Of a DNA stretch of 64,000 nucleotides, positions 13,218 through 24,483 are shown piece after piece (the stretch's first letter is position 1; each line of letters opens with the position of its first letter). Location of the stretch: the NCBI GenBank assembly GCA_002633005.1, contig NMRA01000081.1, positions 189,625 to 253,624 of the forward strand. The letters are read 5' to 3'. The position numbers were made by a program, and so were the translations under genes. This DNA comes from Phoronis australis. Taxonomy: Eukaryota; Animalia; Phoronida. Under the pieces are notes generated by a model that was not told the origin of the DNA, ran no database searches, and was given only the letters and a program-made list of their open reading frames with translations.

Positions 13218-13323
13218 CGTAATCTCGTTGGTTCCTCGGATTCACGTAGACGTTGTACTGGGGCGGATACCACCCAAACACAGCCTCACGACCCGTTGTA
13301 TATTCCTTGTGTGTTCTCGTCAT
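13218..13323 (-). CDS. Uncharacterised Pro/Ser/Thr-rich protein, first coding exon (1/3)
   Basis: ATG at 13323 within an exon whose acceptor (tttttttcctttacag) gives a start at 13348. Encodes MTRTHKEYTTGREAVFGWYPPQYNVYVNPRNQRDY. Donor G|GTATGT is phase 1 and joins AC of exon 2 to give GAC. Not in the supplied ORF track. Confidence 0.75.
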
Positions 13324-13874
13324 GCTTGAAATAACTGGAGAACAGGCGCTGTAAAGGAAAAAAAATATTCAATAGAACTTTTATTTTATACGTTACTAGA
13401 AATCACAAGTTGATCAAAAACTGCTTATTCTGGTATAAGCGAGTTCTGTTGGGATCTCGTTGTGCTGCACGTGCGCGCAGCATGTTTAAATGCCCATAAA
13501 GCTGCACTTTGCAGTGTTTAGCAGCAGACTTTGGAACGTTGTACGCAATAACTGTGGGAGCGAGTGGCCAACCGCTACAAAGACCTGTGTGTAGGTAATT
13601 TAGGATTGAAATCAGCAACACTCGTGTATCCCTTATACGAACTCTTTTAACACGGATTGACACGGAGGCACGTTTTCATCGGAAATTCCGGAATTTTACT
13701 ATAAAATTGGTTGTTCGCGTGTTTTCTTCAGTCAGATTCCTATAGAAACTCTCCTAATGCATGCCAAAACATTTTTGTTGAAGGTTCTTGTTCATTACAT
13801 TACGTCACGGTCGTTATTTTTGTCGCTAATGTCATCGATAAGCACGATCTCGACGTTAACTGCTGATTTACAAC

Positions 13875-13888
13875 GTTTCTATGGTAAT
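13875..13888. promoter_or_regulatory. RFX X-box-like motif upstream of the - strand gene
   Basis: GTTTCTATGGTAAT versus consensus GTYNCYATRGNAAC (one mismatch), about 530 bp upstream of the first coding exon. Confidence 0.4.
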
Positions 13889-14096
13889 CAAACGAAAACA
13901 TAGTGTTAAGTCTTGGAACTGTTAGATTGTCAAGATTAATTACACAAAATGTTATCATGATTTTTAAAAAGTTTCTCTCGTTACACTAGGCCTACATGTA
14001 TGCGGTGGCGTGTTTTACATATTGTTTCATTGACGTAGAATGAGACCTAGATAATGCTATACAACCATACTCTACTAACATAACTCCAGTTGCTTG

Positions 14097-14130
14097 TGCT
14101 GCTGCTGCTGCTGATGCTGCTGCTTCTGCT
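14097..14130. repeat. Imperfect (GCT)n microsatellite
   Basis: tgctgctgctgctgctgatgctgctgcttctgct. Confidence 0.8.
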
Positions 14131-16971
14131 AATAACACTATTGGTATTATTGTTATTGCTAATATTTATCATTTAGTATCGAATGTATGTCATAAACTAA
14201 ATTGAATTTGCTTATAATTTATTCATGAGCAATATTGAAATTCGTCGTGAATGTTTTGTAAACATTTCATGTCGCGGAACCGATCCCTAATTATTCAAAT
14301 TATAATCTCTGTTTATCTATCCCAGTGAAGAGCATTCTGTATTCAGACTGGCGTTACGTAATACTATTAGCACTGCGAAAGCAACTACGTCTCTATAGAA
14401 ACTTGAACGGACGTTATTTTTTATGGTGTTTTTGTCAGTTCGGTATATTTTGTTTACTATTTTAATTTGTGTTATGAACATTTTACTCGTTTTCTATAAA
14501 ACGCAAAATAACAATTATTGAAAGTGGACGCTGTGGACGCACAGTCTACATGCCGCCCGACGATGTGGCGCGTCTCACAATACACACGCCGCGTGCGGTT
14601 ATCAGAAGGGAAAACCGAGAGAACACTAGTACTAAGATAAGATGACATTTAGAACATGCTCACCGCTTCACAATCCCTGTTTAGAAGAATTGTGATTTTG
14701 ATTAATTTAATTTCCCCAGAAGTCGACTAAAAGGTTCAAAACACCTGTTATAGGGGGTGATTTAGAGAGCAACCGTATCGTTTATAATACTGCAGATGCA
14801 AATTTACTTACAGGTTATGCGTCTGTTAGCACCCGGTGGGAACGCTGAGCCAATGGCAAAAGTTATAACCCATTGCGCATGTGGAGCATATTCTTTGGTA
14901 CTGACGACTAGCGACTAAAACCACTTACTAGAGTTATTATTCTCAGGATGAACCGTAACGATTATGCAGTAGATATAATTGTGAAAAAGCTATAATTCCA
15001 TTTAGTTGGTGTGAATCGATCGATATTGGCTCATTTCACGAGTTTCATCAGTTGTTATAATTCTGGCGAGATAGCGACGTGACTTTTAATTATTTAACTA
15101 TGACTCCCTTCAGCGAACTCTGTACGTAGTGACGGGAAAATTTGTGGGTCGGTTTGACACTTGTGTCTTGATAAGGGTTAGCCTGGTAAAATTTTCGATC
15201 CCGGTTTAAAAAAATGGTACTTAAACATGCGTGTGCTTTGCCTACTTGTGACTTGTAATCACATATATTTCATCACACAAAACAATGATATTAAAGTTGA
15301 AACTTGTCGGCTGGAAATCCAAAAGGTAATCCAGCAAACGAGTTACAACTTTAATATCGTGAACATTCCTGGATGGCTCAAGGTCTACCTTTTAGCACAC
15401 AAAACAATGTTTGAATAGAATAGGGAAGTATACTAATAAGCATAACGACAGCAGACCACACACATACTCACTGAAGGCTTGCCAATCGTGATTAAAATTG
15501 ACATTAAATGTTGAAATTGATTCTGTCACCACGTCAGATAGATGAAAACTAGTGGGGGGAGCATAGGGCCAAGGAATCCATAGTTCAACCGTACGTCTGG
15601 ACCGATCATCAGAACAGCTTCAAGTTTACTGTGTAAATTTCGTACTAGTTCAAACATTCCACCATTCATAAGTCATCATTACAACTGGTTGAACTTATCA
15701 AGAAACTTAGTCGAACCTAGGATTCAGAATCTTGTGTTGGATACATGTATATATATATATACACTATATATACACTGAACTGAATGCCTTGGTAAGTCAA
15801 GGCATTGCCGGACTTTTGGATCCCTCACTGGTTGCTCTTTCAGTTATTCAGTAGAATTTCAAGTAATGTAGTAATGTACAATGTAAAACGTGCGTTCAGA
15901 AGCATACATATTTGAAACAAGCCAGAATGCTTTCAAGAAAGCAAACGAAACAACGATCGGAGGAAAGTCTTTCAGTGACTGGCAGGTCAAATGACGACGC
16001 GAATGATCACACTGGTGAACAGGTGTACATTCGGGTCCAGAGAGTAACTCAGAATATTATCTCTATACAAAACTTCGCTTACCTTCAGCCTGGCCTTAAA
16101 ATCTAACTTTTCCTCGCCGATTATCTAAACGTCCAACACAACACACCAACGTGAGAATTACCAATGATTTTGTCAGTGCGCTTCAGTGCTCCCCAGAATG
16201 TAATCACAGTGATTCCGCTATTGTGTTGAAGGGCTCGTTTCTATGGACGCACGGGTTTATTTGTTATTTGAGCGGGGTAAATACTGGATATCCCGGCATG
16301 CCCAGCGATAAGATTTGTTTGAATAAACTTTTCAGCTGAATAGATTGTACTGTGACTGGCACATTGTTGGCTATTGTGACGTACAAAATCAACCTGTAAA
16401 AGGCCATGCACACATTTCAGTGCATTGCCAGTGTTTATGTTTTTCTTTATGAGCACTTTTCTGCGTTGCAGCTGAAGCGAATTATGTGCTTGGAATATTA
16501 CGTCCCAGCGAATCTACCTCACCCTTTCACATAATCAATTTTAAACCACTTTTTATCTAAAATTCAATATAAACTTAATTTACCAGTAAATTGGATAACA
16601 GTGTACTTTTTGTGATCTTTATTTACTCGTGGGACTCAACACAATATGTGTGTTTTCGGCGTTGGTAAAAACATTGATCCTCTCAGTTATCTGCGAATTC
16701 CTCCTAGTTGCAAGCGGCAACTACGTCTTCTTTGAAATATCATTTGTTCCTTCTCGCTCTCCACACACTCATATGAGTGAGTAAATGTGTTGGTAAAATA
16801 GTCTATTATTTATCATACTTTTTATTGCTGGATCGCGCTTTTTTGTTGCAAAATTACTGACTTTGCTTAATACCAAATTTCCGGTGTCGCGCGATCGCCT
16901 AATCAGATTCAGTTCTAAATATATTAATACATTTGTTTATGTATGTATGCATGGATGCATATATGTATGTA

Positions 16972-18618
16972 TCAGGTGTCCCAAAAAATGAGTCACTTTT
17001 TGAAAAGTAATTTCTCAGCATTTCTCACCAACCGAATTCGTCCAATTTTTTCACAGTGTATCTTCAGGGTGTCATTAGCAAGTCTACAAAGTATCTTAGA
17101 GAAATTAAAAAACAAGGAAATACTGTGAAATTCAATACAGCAGGGTGAAAAATAATGCAATATCACTGAGGCTTGCGTCTGTTCATGCTGTGCAGGCATC
17201 TGTCAGTCAAAAAATTGCCTGTCCGGGTCTCAAGTCTACTGTTTTTAATTGTCAGATCTGTATCCAAATCAGTTCTGTCCAATATTCCTGTTTGTAAGAA
17301 TGCTTTTGAGTGAAAGTGATGGATTTACTATTGAAACCTGTTTCAAGGAGAAAAGACGGAGCGGAAGAAGAATCGCAAGGGAGTTCCCAGGACTGAAAAG
17401 GGTGAAGTCGTGTCACTGTAAATAGGCTTATTGCTAAAATACACAACACAAGGTCTGTGGCAGTGGGAGATCCAAGACTGCATATTCGAAAGAGAACGAG
17501 GATCGTGTTGAGTAACTGTTTCAATCCCAGGAGGACAATCCGGGGAGTCACAGATCGCTAAGAGAAGTCGCAAGCAATTTACAAGTGAGCAAGTCTTCTG
17601 TGCAAAGAATGGCCAAAAACTGGAGCTAAAACTCTTCAAAAGAATGTGGGTATCATGGAGAGATCAACATGTTAGAAGGAAAAGCAAAAACTCGATGCCG
17701 ATACTTGCATGACCGCTATTCAGCCACTGATGTGAAAAGAATCAACCATTGAAGAAAAAGACTTTACGCTAGAAATTGCTAAAAATCGTCAAAATGATCA
17801 TGTTTATGGGAAACAAAAACGAGAAATTCAGCCTTTTCGACTCTATCATGCGACTTCCAGATTTTCCAAAAAGTATTGGTATTCGCTGGAGAATCCTGGG
17901 AAGGAAAAACAAATATTCATTTTATTGACACTTACAAAACCAACGTTAACAGTCAACGCTACATGCACTTATTGGATGAAAATCTCCCGGATTGCATTCG
18001 ACTTTATCCAGGAAGCAATTACGTAACAAGATGGGGTTCCTTCACATACGAGCAAGATAACACAGGCTTATCTGGAGGAGGTGACATCAAAATTCATCAG
18101 AAGGATGAGTGGCCTCCGCTCAGTTTTGAATGCAGTTCAGTGGACTGTGCCATATGGGACTCTCTGAATGCAGTTCAGTGGACTGTGCCATATGGGACTC
18201 TCTGAATGCAGTTCAGTGGACTATGCCATATGGGACTCTCTGAATGAAAAAGTTTACCGGGGAATGAGAGACAAATTGACTGACCATGAGTTAAAAGACA
18301 GGATAATTATGTCATGGGAGGAAATGTCGATGGAAGAAATATATCTGGTTGGAAGAAACGGCTCCGTTTAGTCGTGGAGGAAGATGGAGGCCACATTGAA
18401 CATACACTGAAATATGCGAACTTCCCTTTGATATTTTATTTTTAGACCTGATGTTTTTTATTTGACAGTACTCAAACAATTGGGCACTGGTCTCTTTGAT
18501 ATTTTGTACATTTTTTGATGATATCACAAGATTATTCTGTAAGAAATTTGAAACAATTCGGCATATCCTTTGCTGAGAAATTACTTGTAAAAAATGGCTC
18601 ACTTTTTGGGACACCTGA
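16972..18618 (+). mobile_element. Decayed full-length Tc1/mariner-superfamily transposon, maT (DD37D)-like
   Basis: ~49-bp imperfect TIRs (TCAGGTGTCCCAAAAA...AGTAATTTCTCAGCA) flanked by TA at 16970-16971 and 18619-18620. Frameshifted transposase remnants: NRQNDHVY, QDGVPSHT, EWPP...DYAIW, RLRLVVEEDGGHIEH. Confidence 0.9.
18127..18246. repeat. 38-bp unit x3 inside the transposase remnant
   Basis: tgaatgcagttcagtggactgtgccatatgggactctc at 18127, 18165 and 18203 (one substitution). Confidence 0.95.
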
Positions 18619-18917
18619 TATATACTGGATACTGAAATGGAAATCACGAACGAGAATGAGTAGAAACATCGTCACTCACCCAATTGCATTCATTTTAGCC
18701 AGTGACTTTTTCTATCCCGTGTTGTCTGCGGGACACGAATCAAGGGATATATATGGCAATACCGATATTTTTAATCAGTTCGCGGATTTGGGTCATTGGC
18801 GATACATTATGCTATTTGAGCATGTTGATAGGCCTATATGTTCCATAACACGATGTTTAGTTTACTTGGCGAATAATTGACGAGGTGTACTTAAACAGCT
18901 GACGGATGAAATACTTA

Positions 18918-19155
18918 CAGAGGCGGATCTATAGGGAGGTTCAGGGGGTTCAAACCCCCCCTCGGGACAGGATCAAAAATAAAAATTGAAAAAGAAATTC
19001 GCCAGAAAAACGAAATCAGCTACTGAAGACCACAACAAATCTTACACAGGAGGGGGAAACTCCCCCCCACCGACCTTCCTTTCGCTCGGCGCTATGCGCC
19101 TCGGATTTGCTCGAATCTTAACCCCCCCCTTACTGAAAACGTAGATCTGCCACTG
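18918..19155. mobile_element. hAT-like MITE with 5-bp TSD
   Basis: TIRs CAGAGGCGGATCTA / TAGATCTGCCACTG. Direct repeat ACTTA at 18913-18917 and 19156-19160. Confidence 0.75.
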
Positions 19156-22100
19156 ACTTATCATTCAGAAGGGTGATTTTTCGCGGTAATATTTCTTATG
19201 ACAAAAGGGTGTCTTTCCTGATTAAATACCCTTGAAAGCACCGGGCAAAATGATTGATTTATTGAGTTAGAACTTACATTACGAATGGTGCATTTCTGCA
19301 ATCACCTTCTCCAGAAGAGATTCATATTTAATTTAGGTATAATGCTTACAATGTGTTAAACAGAATACATGGCAAGGTTGCTTATTTCTATTTATAATCA
19401 CCGGCTACAAAAGCATTGTGTCATTACAAGAAAAATCTATAAAAGGATAACTTGTTTACAGAAGCTCAAAACAGATAAACCTCTTTCAGTCGTGTTTACT
19501 CTCTGAAAACGTGGCATTTCATGTTGACGACTCTCGGAAAGGTCCCCAGCGGCATTCCCCGTCAAACATCAGTTTACTCCTATGGACATGCTAAATAATC
19601 AACAATGCACAGACAATCTTGGAGAAGTCAGGTTCACGGGCACTGGCAAGGTTAGTTTTAAAATCGACGGTACCGAACACATAACTAATTGACCAGTTTT
19701 GAAGACTGGTGTTGATTAAGTATTGCAAAGATAGGGAAGAGGATACGCCACATGTCAAAGTGAAAGATCAATATTTCACAGTGAAGTATTTCTGACGCAG
19801 TGATATAAAATTTAAGTAAGCTCTTGAAGACGTTTGAGTTTTGAAAAGGTAAATGTGAAAGAAGCTAATGCCATCTTGGATCTCGCGGTAATTGCGTTTT
19901 AAACTAGATGTGCTAATCGGAAGACAACGTTGGGAATTTATTTTAAAACAAAAATACCTCATGTTTATCAAGCTTCAATAAACGTAGACTATTACATACA
20001 AAGATAGTAGTCTATGCTTTCTTGTCAGCTCTTCACTGAACAAAACATATTTGAATAAAATGATATGTTTGTTAAGTGTTCTCAGTTTGAATGGGCCTAG
20101 CTTCACTTATTTTCACGCAAAGGATTCGAAAGTGATAGTTGATAGGTGTTCGTTTGCAGTCGAGGAAAAGTTACAATTGAAAAATTTAGGAATATCGATC
20201 GGAGTAACTTTTGGTTGAATTCATTATTCTATATTTTGAATTCAATGAGTTGGAAATATGGAATGTCACAGTCTGACTGAAACAGTGTACTTTTGTGATT
20301 ACAAACTGTCTAACACGTATAACTAATCACGTAAAAATAACTGATACAGGCGGGTACTTCTGGGGCCTGATCCACAGCGTATTGTGTTGAATAACATCAC
20401 TTAGGTGAATGACGGGTTAATGCCGCTATAAATATAATCCTTAAATTTAAAATATCTCCGGTTTCATAAATTGGGGAAACTCTATTTTCTATCTTCTTTT
20501 CCACTATGACAATACATGAAATAATTACACTTCGACTGCATCTTAAAGCGTGTTGAATAATATCACGTGGGTGAAAGACATTTTTTTACAGAAGTTCCCA
20601 TTTCAATGCTTGGATAAATCTTACAGGGATCAAAATTTTCGGTGCCATATTTTGAGTCCAAATAATTGCCACAATTTTTAAGCATATAGTTCATTAAAAA
20701 ACAGGTTTTCCATTCGCGCTTTCCCAGGAAGTACTGAATCTGAAACAAAACATTTTCTTATAGTCGCTAGGATTCGCAGACGAAAGATCAGTTGCTGGTA
20801 TTGTGTAAAGGGGCGCAACCTATCGGTGACGAATTTAAACCCTCGAGCTTAAACCTGTATTAAACGGTGCTTTCTATCAAAAAATAATAAAACAGCTTTG
20901 GCTTGTGGACTAGACGTTTGTTACTTGCTTTACTGGTACATTCGCGTTGAGGCTAACGCTCTTTCTAATTCCGACTAACAATTGCACTAACATATTAACA
21001 CGAGCCCTAACATACAAGAAATACAGCATGAATTATTCCAAATGACGTTCAAAATTACAAAATGCATGCTGAATGATGTTATTTGAATTCCTCTGCAGAT
21101 GCCACAACCCCATGGAGCTGAGCAGTGGTTCCCGTGATTGATTACTGCCGTGGCAGGGAGAAGGATTTTTCAATTAGTACCAAAGGGCTAATTGAAAACA
21201 ATAGTTGATTTTGATTGTTTGCAAATTTTATTAATGCACGTTTTTGTTTATTTACTTGTCATACCAACGATACAATGCCACCCACGGATAACTAAAATGG
21301 ACTACGAAGGATGGAAAATAGAAATTAACAACCAGAGACCAAAATTAAGAAGGTAATTTAAAGTAGCTTACATGTCATAGTTTATTATTATAAATAGGGT
21401 AGAACACGATACTCCGAAGGTTCACAAGCCTGAAGGCAAGTAATGCGACGAATGGAAATGTTTTAAAAAATCCCTATGACTCCAGCGGTTCACGAATCCG
21501 ACAGAAAGAAAAACAAGTTAGTTCGAAAGTAATCCAAAGGTCTATGACACCTGAAAGACGTGATTTAAAGTTATCGACAGAGAAGAAGCAAAATTTTAGT
21601 TGTTGTAAACCAAAGTTTGAAAATATAAGTAAATGTGGCAGATCGAACTTTGTTTGGATCCTTTTGAGAGGCGCAGGCTCTTCGAAGCACAAGTTTCAAA
21701 CGGGCACATGTACATGTATATAAACTCCGAACATTGTGCTCGAAATCACTATTCATAACCTCGTCCTATGAAACTTTGAACTTGAAGCTTTCGAACTGAT
21801 AGACTTTCGAGCTTGTGTGGATCTTCGGATTTATGGACTTTTGGTCTAGCTAACATTCAGACCTAGGAATACCTTGATGTCATAAGTTCGGCCCAAACTC
21901 GTTCTCACTTGTAGATTTCAATTCAGGTCAAATTGGTTTGTAACTTCAAAGGGTTTGATTTCCTTTTAACCTTACTGTAGAATTTTAGCGACTTGGTCAT
22001 TCCTCGACCAACTTAATTTGACTTGTATATCATGATCATGCGGGAACTAACGTAGTGAGCAGTGACACCAAAGGTGGTGCACTGAGGACCACTTGCACCG

Positions 22101-22559
22101 TTAACACCGGAGCCAAAATGTATGGTGCAGTTCACCTGTAAACATCCTGGAAGTTACCGGTTTCGACTACATCTGTGTACTTCCATGAGCCATCAAAATA
22201 TGACAGAACGCAGGTTTGATTTGGAAAATCGAAATGAATAATCTACTTGCCAATCATCTAAGCATCTGTCTTTATTGATGTTTATGGTTTCACATCTGGT
22301 TTTAGGACACAGTCTCTCAAAAAACGTAAAATTCAGAAAAAAGGCACGATAATAGTAAAACAACGGTATCAATAACAAGATTGAGTTTCATTTGATGAAG
22401 ATGTTCCAGAAGTCATCTCAGAAATACTCTTAATTGTCTAAAATAGGATCATTATATTTTCGTTTTAGTGAACGGTGTTTAAATCATAGTATTTGAAAAT
22501 TTACATAAGTTTGAACAGCTATTTCTGATACGAAGCTTTAAAGTTAGAAAAATGTAGGC

Positions 22560-24345
22560 GTGTTGATGCACCCACATACTTATATGTGTGCGTATATTAC
22601 CGTCATCTCTGTTTGTCCGTCGTCCGGTGTCTAGCGTCCTGGCGTCAGCGGCTGTATCTCCTAAACCCCTCTTATAGGATTTTCATGAGATTTGGGAGAT
22701 GTGTTCCTTTGAAGCTAACGACAGAGGACGGCGGCGTTCGGATGGACCCGACTACCGGCGTGCCCCCAAATGGCAATTCTATTTTTTACGCTTACTTCTG
22801 TATCTCTAAAGGTCCTCAACGGATTTTCATGACACTTGACACATAGGCATTTATTAATAAAGTGATGCTATTCTCCCGTTTTCGCAGATGAATTTTTAAC
22901 TGTTTTCGAGTCTGTATTTTTGGAGTCCGTCTATCTTTCAACCAAACCACTCTACGGATGATTGTGAAAAGTGGTATGTGTTCTTTCTGTGAAGAAGGCG
23001 GCTGACGATGATTTCCCGATTTCGACTAATGTGGCGCCTTCTAGCAGCAGTTTTGATTTTGCGCCCATGGCTATATCTCCTAAACGCCCCGGTGGATCTT
23101 TATTAAATTTAGTGTCTTCATGTACAGTTGACAACTAATGACAACTACTTTCGGACGGATTGGACTACCAATATGTCCTCTAGTGTCGATTTTTTACGTT
23201 TACCTCTGTATCTTCAAAGGTCCTCTACGGATTTTCATAAAATTTGTCTGAAAGGCATCTATTAGCGAAATAACTTGCACCTAGTGGCCGCGTTTTGCTG
23301 TTTTCGAGTCTTATTTTGACGTCTGACCCTCTGGAAACCAAACCATTCGATGGGTGATTTTAAAATTGGCATATTATTATGTTCCTAGTGTGAAAAGGAC
23401 TGCTGACGGTGATGTTCCGACTTCGATTACTGTGGCGCCTCCTAGTGGCAGTTCTGTTTTTTATGACGCCCATAGCTGTATCTCCTAAACCCATTGCAGG
23501 ATCTTTATTAAATTTAGCAAGTGTATTTATATGAAGTTGACAACAAACGACGACGACTTCCAGGCGGATCTTATATATACTGTGCCGCCTAGTGACAATT
23601 TCATTTTTCCGTTTTCCTTTGTTTCTGTGAAGCTGTTTATTGGATCTTCATGAAATTTTATAAATAGATTTCTATTGAAACGATGATATGTTGCGCCCCT
23701 CTATCAACCAAATCACTCACACTCTAAGGATTGTGAAAAATGGCATTCTTTGTGTAAAGAGGACGATTTACGATGATTTTCCGACGTCTTCAATTACTGT
23801 CGATCTTCCTAGTAGTACTTATGTTTTTGGGCCCATATTCTCCAAGTGGCAATTTCCGGCATCTTCCGTTATCCCCAATTTCCCATAAGTTCCTTGACAG
23901 ATTTATATGAAATTTGGTAATTAGCTTTGATGACATCTACCAGTTTTCGGATGGATTCGACGTATTTTGTGCCATTTAGGACGATTGACGTTGTTCTGAC
24001 AACTTCGTGTACGGTGGCGCATCCTACTGGCAGTTTTTTCGTCCATACCTGTATCTCCTAAATTCACTGCGTGATCTTTATTACATTAAGCATGTGTATA
24101 TGAATTTAACAACGGACGAAGACGATTTTCAGACGGACCCGAAGAACGCTGGGCCCCCTAGTTTTCAATTTCATTTTACGACTGCATAAGACGTCCACAT
24201 GTAATTAATTATAAATATGTGGACGTCCTTCCGTCCGGCGTCCGTTCGGCGTCCGTCCTACGGCCGTCGGTCCCCGTCCGCGCTGCCTGCGGCAACTTGG
24301 CTGAGGCCCGCCTCCGCGCTGCTTGGCAAATGAGAAACACTTTCC
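22560..24345. mobile_element. Helentron-associated (HINE/DINE-1/pearl-like) element with internal degenerate tandem array
   Basis: Degenerate GTCC microsatellite near 22610 and 24230. Recurrent subunits (ctgtatctcctaaa..ggat.ttcatgaaatttg; ggcgcc.ctag.ggcag). Hairpin GACGTCCACAT/ATGTGGACGTC at 24190-24227. Boundaries approximate. Confidence 0.5.
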
Positions 24346-24483
24346 CTTGTAATTTAGTTTAAAAAACTCTTAAAGCCGATCTTAACTCACGTTAGTTTGG
24401 TTGAAACTTAAGTTCAACTAAGCCTAAATACTCATTCAACAGAAATCCAAATACTTTCACACTTAACTGCATTTAGTATGATT

